Shown here one piece after another: positions 37,336-45,341 of a stretch of DNA of 64,000 nucleotides (the stretch's first letter is position 1; each line of letters begins with the position of its first letter). The stretch comes from Candidatus Dojkabacteria bacterium (lineage in GTDB: Bacteria > Patescibacteriota > Dojkabacteria > SC72): NCBI GenBank assembly GCA_028694805.1, contig JAQVKD010000001.1, positions 25,549-89,548 of the forward strand. Direction: 5' to 3'. The notes below the pieces were generated by a model. It was not told where the DNA came from, ran no database searches, and was given only the letters and a program-made list of their open reading frames with translations. The position numbers and the translations under genes were made by a program.

Positions 37336-37950
37336 CTAACTTGTCCAGAGGTCAACTTCAAGAGCAAACTTGATATGGGTAGTGTCTATCTGTATATCAG
37401 GTAATATAGGTCCACCTGTTGGACTTTCACCGACTACATACAAGAACCAGTGCTCTTCACCATTCAACTCAATTCCTTGAGTGAATCTGTAATATTCACT
37501 ACTGGTCTTAAACTGGTGACCAAGCTGAGTACCGACTGCTGCTATTCTCTGTTTAGTTATTGACACATCCTGGTAGAATGGTCTTGCTAACTGAACAAGG
37601 TCTTCAGTTGTTTTCTCTTTGGTGATTCGTATTTTTGTCAGTGGACTGATTTCCTGATCTGTTGTGCCTGCAAGTCTGACTCTCAGTGCATGCGCAGTGT
37701 TGAAATCCTGTCCTGCAGGTACTTGCTGAGTACCCATAATTGACATCTTCTGCCCAGCTGGACATCTCACATCAATAACAGCAGTTGTATTTCCTACTGG
37801 TCCACCTGTCAAAGTTACTATTCTTGTGTTCTTTTCATCAAGAACAATCTGTGATCTTCTCCATCCCAAGCTTTCCAGATACTCCACATAAGAAGTATAG
37901 TCCGGTTTAGCACTTCTTCCGTAAGCCTGCATTGAATTTATTTCTGCCAT
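37336..37950 (-). CDS. Putative major capsid protein, vertical single jelly-roll (Halopanivirales-like)
   Basis: All-beta 204 aa; pattern TxVIDVRCPxG..SI..LRVRLxxxxxxEIxPxTKIRIxK..YRFxQGIELxxEEH..LYV..ID...IKFxL parallels recalled SH1/HCIV-1 small MCP strand pattern; strong SD, terminator, higher GC. Confidence 0.65.
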   Translation of the reverse strand: MAEINSMQAYGRSAKPDYTSYVEYLESLGWRRSQIVLDEKNTRIVTLTGGPVGNTTAVIDVRCPAGQKMSIMGTQQVPAGQDFNTAHALRVRLAGTTDQEISPLTKIRITKEKTTEDLVQLARPFYQDVSITKQRIAAVGTQLGHQFKTSSEYYRFTQGIELNGEEHWFLYVVGESPTGGPILPDIQIDTTHIKFALEVDLWTS

Positions 37951-38011
37951 ATTTTTCCTCCTATTAATTTATGTTTGTCATTTATTTATTTTAATTTTCT
38001 TAATCTCTTTT

Positions 38012-39055
38012 CTACCTCATTCCGTACATGTCGTACATTACTCCAAGACCCTTGTCCTGCATTTGACCAAAGAATCTCTGACGTTCTGTCTTTTCAGTGT
38101 GCTGCTCAAATGGCATTGCACCATACGGCATCGAACCGAATTTTCTTTCTCTTTCTACAACCTGAGGACTCTGTTCAAATGGCATTGTGCCATATCTTCT
38201 CTGTCTCTCCATTACATCTGGAGTCCAGGGAAGCTGGTTTATTGGACCGATCTGCTGTGTAGCTCCTGGAGTATATCCTGTTTCAGGAAGCCACGGAATT
38301 CCTGCAGAATTTGGATTTGGCATTGCACCATATTCTCTCTGCCTTTGCTGAACTGCAGGACTTGCATCCCCAGCATACCTAAAATCTGCAGATGAATCTG
38401 CTCTGTAAGGTGTCTGTCTTACATAAGACCGATAGTCTTGCCACTCACGAGTAGCTGTCGGTGGTGTTGGAGCAGGTGGGTTCTGAATTATTGTTCCAGG
38501 TTCTGCTAATCCCTGTCCAGGAAATCTTCCAGGTGGTATTTCAGTTCCAGGCATTGAAGGAGATGGTGGATATGTTCCAGGTCCAGCTAATTTCTGAAGA
38601 GCTTTATTTAACTCTGTTCTCAGAATACTATTTTCTTGAACAAGCTTCTGTACAGTAGCTGGATTCATTCCATTTCCAAGTACTCTATATCCTGCCATTC
38701 TAACATCATAAGGATTAACTCCTTTATTTGCCAATCTCAGGACTGAGTCATACACAACAGAACCCGCAAGAGACTCTGCTGCCTTCTTTGCCATTGGATG
38801 CTTCGCATCAAATTTCTTTGCTAAGACATACGCACCAGCTTTGGCACCATTGTTAGCCGCCCATGCAAGAACTTTTTTAGTAGCAGATGATGTTTCATCA
38901 ACCTGTCCTGATGCAGTGGCTGAATCCTTAACAAGAGAAGTTTCTATTGCTCTTCCTATTGCACCGCCTACTATAAAGCCGCCACCTATTCCTATACCAT
39001 CGCCAGCAACTTCATTAGCAAATGCCTTTAAATCTCTTTCTCTATAATAAGCCAT
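38012..39055 (-). CDS. Major structural / scaffold-like protein: amphipathic Gly-Ala helices, coiled coil, Pro-rich linker, RxYGxM repeats
   Basis: Immediately upstream of MCP; repeats QREYGAMP, QRRYGTMP, ERKFGSMP, QRFFGQM, MYGMR. Confidence 0.7.
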   Translation of the reverse strand: MAYYRERDLKAFANEVAGDGIGIGGGFIVGGAIGRAIETSLVKDSATASGQVDETSSATKKVLAWAANNGAKAGAYVLAKKFDAKHPMAKKAAESLAGSVVYDSVLRLANKGVNPYDVRMAGYRVLGNGMNPATVQKLVQENSILRTELNKALQKLAGPGTYPPSPSMPGTEIPPGRFPGQGLAEPGTIIQNPPAPTPPTATREWQDYRSYVRQTPYRADSSADFRYAGDASPAVQQRQREYGAMPNPNSAGIPWLPETGYTPGATQQIGPINQLPWTPDVMERQRRYGTMPFEQSPQVVERERKFGSMPYGAMPFEQHTEKTERQRFFGQMQDKGLGVMYDMYGMR

Positions 39056-39110
39056 ATTTTATCACCTTCATTGTTTTATTTATTTTATTGGCTTTATTAA
39101 TGTTCTATTC

Positions 39111-39221
39111 TTACTTGCACGCACGAACTGCTTTCTTGAAAGCAGTTTTGCCGCCTCTTTTTCCTTTCAAGTGACGTGCCATGCAAGATTGAAATTTAGT
39201 TCTTCTTCGATGTCTTGCCAT
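39111..39221 (-). CDS. Basic two-Cys micropeptide (36 aa)
   Basis: MARHRRRTKFQSCMARHLKGKRGGKTAFKKAVRACK; AGGAG SD. Confidence 0.75.
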   Translation of the reverse strand: MARHRRRTKFQSCMARHLKGKRGGKTAFKKAVRACK

Positions 39222-39224
39222 CAA

Positions 39225-39326
39225 TTATCTCCTTCTAGATGAAAAGTCAGCACATCTTTTTCCGGCTCTTGTCCTTTTCATCCTAATACATCTTGAGCCT
39301 TTCTTCATTCCCTTCTTTCTTGCCAT
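39225..39326 (-). CDS. Basic two-Cys micropeptide (33 aa)
   Basis: MARKKGMKKGSRCIRMKRTRAGKRCADFSSRRR; AAGGA SD. Confidence 0.75.
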   Translation of the reverse strand: MARKKGMKKGSRCIRMKRTRAGKRCADFSSRRR

Positions 39327-39343
39327 CTTCGATCCTTAATTTT

Positions 39344-39415
39344 TTAGTATTTCTTTCTGCGCTTTCTGCACTTATCTTTTCCTTTTACTTTTCCGTATTT
39401 ACATCCTTTTGCCAT
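39344..39415 (-). CDS. Basic two-Cys micropeptide (23 aa)
   Basis: MAKGCKYGKVKGKDKCRKRRKKY; GGAGG SD overlapping the upstream stop. Confidence 0.7.
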   Translation of the reverse strand: MAKGCKYGKVKGKDKCRKRRKKY

Positions 39416-39417
39416 TG

Positions 39418-39516
39418 TTACCTCCTCTTTCTTCTTCCACCAACGAAATCAGCACACCGTCTTCCGACACCACGTACACGCTTATATCTAACACACTCTG
39501 CACCTTTCTTTGCCAT
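39418..39516 (-). CDS. Basic two-Cys micropeptide (32 aa), paralogue of 39225-39326
   Basis: MAKKGAECVRYKRVRGVGRRCADFVGGRRKRR; AGGAGG SD. Confidence 0.75.
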   Translation of the reverse strand: MAKKGAECVRYKRVRGVGRRCADFVGGRRKRR

Positions 39517-39615
39517 ATCATTCCTCCTACATTGTTTATATTTGATTTATTTAAATCAATATTATTTATCTTTCAGAAAGGTCGTTTTTATCAATATAGT
39601 ATCACTGGAGAATTG

Positions 39616-39984
39616 TCATCTTATTTTTACCATATGGTGCTCCTCCCATTCTTGAATTGGGTGTAATACTATAAAAAGTTCTTTTTTCTTACATTTCATT
39701 TTCTTACCGTCAGTCTCAACATGACAACCTGCAACGACAATATGCTCAGCTACATCATATTTCTTCGTATAAGCATCTTCTGGATCTTGAAAAAGAACAG
39801 CCATATATTTATGTCTCTTACCATCAAACCCCTCTTCTTCAATCTCTTCAAATTCAGGAACGTCTATTTCCCCATCTACATCTTCAATGTAATCTCTAGG
39901 AAATGCTATATACTCTATTTCATCATTATCACGTTTATCTGTAATCCACAATGGATACTTGCACGGACAAGTTATGATTACCAC
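39616..39984 (-). CDS. Hypothetical protein
   Basis: ORF coupled to 39978-40439; acidic, Cys-containing. Confidence 0.6.
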   Translation of the reverse strand: MVIITCPCKYPLWITDKRDNDEIEYIAFPRDYIEDVDGEIDVPEFEEIEEEGFDGKRHKYMAVLFQDPEDAYTKKYDVAEHIVVAGCHVETDGKKMKCKKKELFIVLHPIQEWEEHHMVKIR

Positions 39985-40439
39985 TCCATCTTGAATGTTG
40001 ATGCTAAAGAAAGGCTGTTAACATTTTCATCATACCATTCCACAACTTTCATGTTTATTTCTTTCATCCCTTTGCTATTAAACATGTTATGTTGATTACA
40101 TTTATGTATCTCTTCTGGTATGTACATCACATGCATATTATCTATATGATGTCTTACTGAACCTTCAAATTTGTAATCAAGATATACATTAGTACTGTCT
40201 CTTATTCTAAGAATGTTACGCCTTCTCTTATGATGTTTTCTTGTCTTTTTTAACTTACTGTCATAAAACATATTAATTAATGGAATATACTCTTCCAGGA
40301 CACTATATCTATTATAATCATTTTCAAATTTTAAAAGAGATGGAATTAAATTAAAATAAATCCACAAATCATATAAGGCACTAATGCCAAGAGGCAAACT
40401 CAATCTCTTTTCAACTTCCGGATTATGTCGTAAATTCAT
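39978..40439 (-). CDS. Hypothetical protein with HNH-like His motif
   Basis: GSVRHHID..VMYIPEEIH...H pattern. Confidence 0.5.
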   Translation of the reverse strand: MNLRHNPEVEKRLSLPLGISALYDLWIYFNLIPSLLKFENDYNRYSVLEEYIPLINMFYDSKLKKTRKHHKRRRNILRIRDSTNVYLDYKFEGSVRHHIDNMHVMYIPEEIHKCNQHNMFNSKGMKEINMKVVEWYDENVNSLSLASTFKMEW

Positions 40440-40484
40440 GTTCGAACTTTTAATTTAAGCTTTAATATCTTAATAGACGGTAAA

Positions 40485-40498
40485 CTATATAAAGGGTT
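40485..40498 (-). promoter_or_regulatory. Archaeal BRE-TATA promoter
   Basis: Minus strand AACCCTTTATATAG about 45 nt upstream of the 40439 start. Confidence 0.5.
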
Positions 40499-40546
40499 AG
40501 ATTTGGGACAATTGATACGTTTTTAAAAAAAATTAGAAAGTTAGAC

Positions 40547-41074
40547 TTACCACTGATATGACTGACATGTTTTATGTTCTATAAAATCGTTAATACACGA
40601 CTTAAATCCTTGAGTAATTGTAATATTGAGTGTATCACATCTAGAAATAAACTCTTTCCACAGTTTATATTCGACACTCAAACTCAAACGATATTCCTTT
40701 TCACAATAAATCTTTCTCGCCTTATAAAAAAATTTACTCATTTCCGAGTCCATGTCATATAACCACAACTTCAGAATTTTATTATTTAATGAAATACATA
40801 TATCTCTGTTGCTACATACATAATGAAGAATTTTAATATTTTTTCTTGTGTCGTAATCAGACCATATTCTTACATCAACAATACTGTCATTATCTATATA
40901 TCTAACAGTATTTGAGTAATCATTTTCATGTTTATATTCCTTTTTTTCGTCTACCTTAATTAACATCTCTTCTATTTCATTATAATTTCCAGATTTTCTG
41001 AGAGATACTAATCTGTCCAAAAATTCAGTGATTAATTCATTTTTCTCATCAACATTATTTTCACTTTGATTCAT
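40547..41074 (-). CDS. Hypothetical protein with C-terminal RHH-like segment
   Basis: RLSLSVEYKLWKEFISRCDTLNITITQGFKSCINDFI. Confidence 0.55.
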   Translation of the reverse strand: MNQSENNVDEKNELITEFLDRLVSLRKSGNYNEIEEMLIKVDEKKEYKHENDYSNTVRYIDNDSIVDVRIWSDYDTRKNIKILHYVCSNRDICISLNNKILKLWLYDMDSEMSKFFYKARKIYCEKEYRLSLSVEYKLWKEFISRCDTLNITITQGFKSCINDFIEHKTCQSYQW

Positions 41075-41104
41075 TAATGTATTACATCAATTTATCTAAA
41101 CAAG

Positions 41105-42487
41105 TCATAACTTCTCAAACACCTCAACCCATTTATCCACGATCTTAGACCATGTATAATTATAAGAAAACTTGATACATTCATCTTTAATTTTTTTATC
41201 TTCCTTATCCCAATAAGAATGCATTTCTATCATAGCTTCAGATAATTTCTTTTCATTTATTAAACCCCTATAAATTCCATCAGGAAGCATTTGCAATTCA
41301 CAATCTACAAGTATTCCTCTTTTTTTATCTTTTCCTATTAATTCAGGAAACGAACAAATGTTTGTTCCTATATTTGGAACACCACATGCCATGCTTTCTA
41401 ATGTAGGCAAGTTAAACCCTTCCCCGCTACTACTACTTATGTGACAATCAAATATGTTATATAATCTACAAAGAGCCTGTTCAGACCATCCAGTTCCTCT
41501 TCCTCCACTATATGAAAATATTACATTTTTCTCTATTCCTAACTTTTGAACTATTCTCATTAGATTTAATCCAACATTACTAATTGGAACTGTATGTAAC
41601 CATAAAACTGTTCTATCAGTTAATCTTCTATCATCTTTTATCGTTAACTGATAAGCCTTCAACAATCTTTCAATTCTTTTTCTTATTCCAAAATTAGCTC
41701 CTACAAAACCAAAAACATATCTACCTTTTACAATTTTCCTTAATAGACTAACTAGATAATATCCATATATAAATCTTTTTTCAACATCATCCCACTTCAT
41801 TATTCCAACTTCTTCTTCAATGGACTCAACACATAATTCATGATTATCACAGCAAGTCCAGCAACAATTTTCAAATAAAAAATCAGGATTTATTTCTGTC
41901 TTTCCTTCATTTATCATATACCAGCAGTAATCAGCACTATCTAATTCACTATCAGTTAATTTTTTAAATATTTTTTCATTATATCCATGATATACAGTAT
42001 CAAGTACATCAATGCCATTCTTCATTAATTGAGTTGCTCCCCAATTACATTGAGCAACTACTTTCCCCCCACTGTCAGTAAATCTCTTTAATGATTTAAA
42101 ACTTCCAATTCCTAATCCTAATCCATCAACTGGAACATACCATATTCTTTTTGTTATTCCAGCTTGCAAAGGAATATCCAACAGAAAATCCATATCACCT
42201 GTATCACTACCGAATAAATTAAATACTATATCAGGCTTTATTTCCATTAAAGTAGCAAAATATGACGCTTCTTCTCCAATGTGTTCATTTGCAATAGGAT
42301 AACACTCAATTCCATAGTCCCACGTCTTCATATATCCGGAATTGAGACCTGTCATTGTACATTCATAACCTCTCTTTTTTAATTCCAAGATTATGTTCTT
42401 AGTTACATTAGAGAATCCACTATTTCTTTGAAGTGTGTCTGATAGAAAGTGAATTCTTAGATTTTTTGTCATTATTTTTTTACCCAC
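41105..42487 (-). CDS. Glycosyltransferase family 4 (GT-B)
   Basis: SGFSNV, VYHG, FVGAN..RKR, LYNIFD..SSGEGFNLPTLESMACGVP. Confidence 0.9.
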   Translation of the reverse strand: MGKKIMTKNLRIHFLSDTLQRNSGFSNVTKNIILELKKRGYECTMTGLNSGYMKTWDYGIECYPIANEHIGEEASYFATLMEIKPDIVFNLFGSDTGDMDFLLDIPLQAGITKRIWYVPVDGLGLGIGSFKSLKRFTDSGGKVVAQCNWGATQLMKNGIDVLDTVYHGYNEKIFKKLTDSELDSADYCWYMINEGKTEINPDFLFENCCWTCCDNHELCVESIEEEVGIMKWDDVEKRFIYGYYLVSLLRKIVKGRYVFGFVGANFGIRKRIERLLKAYQLTIKDDRRLTDRTVLWLHTVPISNVGLNLMRIVQKLGIEKNVIFSYSGGRGTGWSEQALCRLYNIFDCHISSSSGEGFNLPTLESMACGVPNIGTNICSFPELIGKDKKRGILVDCELQMLPDGIYRGLINEKKLSEAMIEMHSYWDKEDKKIKDECIKFSYNYTWSKIVDKWVEVFEKL

Positions 42488-42529
42488 TTTATTTTTGTAT
42501 AAATATGTTTTATTTATTTTATCACTTCT

Positions 42530-43090
42530 TTACGGTAATTCCCACATATCTAAATCAAGGGTAAATTTAATTTTATTTACATTTATATCTACACTTGGTT
42601 CTATTGCATATATAACTAAATGGTCTTCATTTTTAAGTTCACAACTTTGTTCAAACCTATACAATTGAGCATTGTTCTTAAATTTTGGTTTTGTATCCAC
42701 ATGATTTTTAATGTTAATATCAGAATATTGCATCTTTCCAACTAAAATAATCGTTTCAGATGCTCTTTCTTTTTTTATATGTATTTTAGTAGTTAAATCA
42801 ATTTCATTATCATTATTGTCTAAAAGAATAACTTTTAACGAATGTGCAGCCTTTGGATCAGTGCCCTTTGGAACTTGTCCAACGCCATATACACTTATTT
42901 TCCATCCACATGGACATCTTATATCTATAACAGGTCCAGTACAGCCTTTACTTAAACCTGAAAGAGTTACCAGTCTTTTGTTGGCTTCATCAAGACATAT
43001 CTGATTTCTTATGCAATTATTACTTTCCATATATCTTATATATTCATCATATGTCCTGAAATTTGAATAAGTTTTCATCTTTACCTCCAT
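42530..43090 (-). CDS. MCP-like single jelly-roll paralogue 2
   Basis: Full-length similarity to 37336-37950 (YIRYMES..LDE.N.RLVTL..VIDIRCP.G..AHSL..TKI.I.KE..YRFEQ..IKFTLDLDMW). Confidence 0.7.
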   Translation of the reverse strand: MEVKMKTYSNFRTYDEYIRYMESNNCIRNQICLDEANKRLVTLSGLSKGCTGPVIDIRCPCGWKISVYGVGQVPKGTDPKAAHSLKVILLDNNDNEIDLTTKIHIKKERASETIILVGKMQYSDINIKNHVDTKPKFKNNAQLYRFEQSCELKNEDHLVIYAIEPSVDINVNKIKFTLDLDMWELP

Positions 43091-43344
43091 TAAAAATCAT
43101 CTACACGTCGAGCTATCTTAGATGGTTCAGTTTTAATATCTTTAGCTAGATATTTTATTTCATCAAGTTGTTTTTTTAATTTATTGTCTTTATACTTTTC
43201 AAGCAATGTCGAGTCTTCAGCCAGTTTTATTTTTAAGATTGCTCTTATTGCATTATCATCTAATAGAGACATTCTTCTAATATACTTTATATGGTTTTCT
43301 ATGAATTCGATTTCAGTGTCTTGTTCTGAGTTCATTTTTTCCAC
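43090..43344 (-). CDS. Hypothetical helical protein
   Basis: ORF between the two MCP paralogues, translationally coupled. Confidence 0.55.
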   Translation of the reverse strand: MEKMNSEQDTEIEFIENHIKYIRRMSLLDDNAIRAILKIKLAEDSTLLEKYKDNKLKKQLDEIKYLAKDIKTEPSKIARRVDDF

Positions 43345-43976
43345 CTATCTATTTCTAATGAGAATTTTATATGGTTAGAATCTATTTCTATGTCTGGTAA
43401 AATAATTCCTTCTTCACGAGTTTCACCTACAACAAAAATAAACAGATGATATTCTCCACATAGTTCAACGATTTCATTAAATCTATACCATCTTGAAACA
43501 TCTTTAGATTTTCCATTTTCATTGATACTAACATCAAAATAGCGTAGACTATCTAGTTGAACAATATCATCATATGCTGTCGCTTTGGTGATACGTATTT
43601 TTGTCAGCGGATGTACTTCAAATCCTTCTGTATTACATAATTCAATTCCAAGAGGATATGCTGTTCTTTGATCATCTCCCATTAGAACGTCTTGAGTTCC
43701 CATGATTGAATATATTTCTCCTGGAGGACAATAAAAATCGACAACACATGAAGTAATTCCAATGTGACAATCTCTAATGACAGCGTCCTTTTCAGTGAGA
43801 GTTTTATGAGTCATTATCCGACCCATACATTCCATATAATCAATGTAATTATTATAATTAATTTTATTTTCTTTCACAACTTCTCTTTTAATATCACATG
43901 GAAGTGTTTCTTTCTTGCCTACATATTTTTTGTACTCTATATAATCTTCCTCGGTTTCTATTCTTTTATTGAACAT
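43332..43976 (-). CDS. MCP-like single jelly-roll paralogue 3
   Basis: SIMGTQ, PLTKIRITK, DIVQL, VVGE..ILPDIEID..HIKF.LEID.W shared with 37336-37950. Confidence 0.7.
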   Translation of the reverse strand: MFNKRIETEEDYIEYKKYVGKKETLPCDIKREVVKENKINYNNYIDYMECMGRIMTHKTLTEKDAVIRDCHIGITSCVVDFYCPPGEIYSIMGTQDVLMGDDQRTAYPLGIELCNTEGFEVHPLTKIRITKATAYDDIVQLDSLRYFDVSINENGKSKDVSRWYRFNEIVELCGEYHLFIFVVGETREEGIILPDIEIDSNHIKFSLEIDRWKK

Positions 43977-44055
43977 ATTATTGTCTCCTTGATTCTGATT
44001 CTTTATTTTATTTAGTTATATATCATTAGTATATTCAATCAGTTAAAGTTCTACA

Positions 44056-44415
44056 TTATATTCTTTCTAATACCATCCTAACTTTAGGATTAAACTTCTC
44101 CCTGCTCATTTCAAAATCAAGTTTGACAACTTTTATTCCAGTCTTCCATTCAAATCTTTTTATTGCTTCATATATTTCAGTTTCAGATCTTAATTTTTCT
44201 GCTCTAACTCTATCAAGAGAAACCTTTACTTGATTTGTTAGTTCATCGGTTCCCCACTTAAAGTCCCTGCTTATTTTTACATGCTTGGCATCTTCTTTCT
44301 TCTCATTTTCTTCTATTTTTTTAACCACTTCTTCTTTTTTCAGAGGTTGCTCCTTTGATTCTTCTTTCGCTTCATTTTCTACCATATTCTCACCTTTGTT
44401 ACAACTTCTCTTCAA
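44056..44415 (-). CDS. Hypothetical protein
   Basis: ORF; likely start MVENE after GGTGAG SD. Confidence 0.6.
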   Translation of the reverse strand: MKRSCNKGENMVENEAKEESKEQPLKKEEVVKKIEENEKKEDAKHVKISRDFKWGTDELTNQVKVSLDRVRAEKLRSETEIYEAIKRFEWKTGIKVVKLDFEMSREKFNPKVRMVLERI

Positions 44416-44465
44416 TTTATTCTTAATCTATTCTTATGTTTTTAGTAATGATATATAACTATCAT

Positions 44466-44735
44466 CTAAAACCTATTTATTAACGGAGCAAGTTTTTCTC
44501 TCTTTTTCATAATATTTTCTATGCCATCAAGTAGTTCTTTAAGATCGTGGTCATACATATTACTTACATATTCTGCAGTTGAATTGATGGTCGATTCTCT
44601 AACAGATGCCTGTAATAATCCTTTTGTAAAACCATTTATTCTTATTTTTGATCTGTCGTGTTCCAGACATTTTCTGTATTCTCTAAATATAAACTTTATA
44701 ACTTCAGATGAAATTTGTGCATCATTGTTTACCAT
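44466..44735 (-). CDS. Hypothetical protein
   Basis: ORF with GTGA SD. Confidence 0.55.
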   Translation of the reverse strand: MVNNDAQISSEVIKFIFREYRKCLEHDRSKIRINGFTKGLLQASVRESTINSTAEYVSNMYDHDLKELLDGIENIMKKREKLAPLINRF

Positions 44736-44771
44736 ACTATCACTTTTTTATAGTTTGGAATATTTCTTTGA

Positions 44772-45332
44772 TTATTTCTTCTTGTTCTTGTTCACTATTT
44801 TATCCCAGTTGTATTTCACAAAAGTCTTTGAATTACAGTAAGGACATTTATCATCTGGATTATCTTCTGTTGGTTTCTTTTTAGGAAGACCACAGTCAGT
44901 ACATTTATAAGTTGCATCTTTTGGTACAAGTAGATATTCAGTATTACATCCTTCACCTGTACACTTCAGAGTTCCACTATCAGTCTTTTTTAATAGATGC
45001 TTATGTTCATGTTTAGCTCCTGAACATGTAGGACAATATACCTCGCTTTCTTCTTTTTCTTTTTGTAGTTTCTCTCTTTCTTTATCCAGTTCCATCCTTT
45101 CTTTTTTCTTAACTTCCTCTAGACTTTCATTTTCTTCTTCTTTTTCTTTATCTTTTTCGGAAGTTGCTTTCTTTAGAATTTGCGATACTTTACTGCCTTT
45201 CACGCCAGAACCAGGACTTTCAAGAATTGTCTTTCTCAATGTTTCAGCAGTTTTCTCTGCAGCTTGTTTTGCTGTTTCTTCAATCAATTCTCTATTAATT
45301 TCTTCGCTTGTCTTTGTTACTATTCTTGACAC
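44772..45332 (-). CDS. Coiled-coil + multiple zinc-ribbon protein
   Basis: CPTC, CTGEGC, CTDC, CPYC motifs. Confidence 0.7.
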   Translation of the reverse strand: MSRIVTKTSEEINRELIEETAKQAAEKTAETLRKTILESPGSGVKGSKVSQILKKATSEKDKEKEEENESLEEVKKKERMELDKEREKLQKEKEESEVYCPTCSGAKHEHKHLLKKTDSGTLKCTGEGCNTEYLLVPKDATYKCTDCGLPKKKPTEDNPDDKCPYCNSKTFVKYNWDKIVNKNKKK

Positions 45333-45341
45333 TTTATCACC

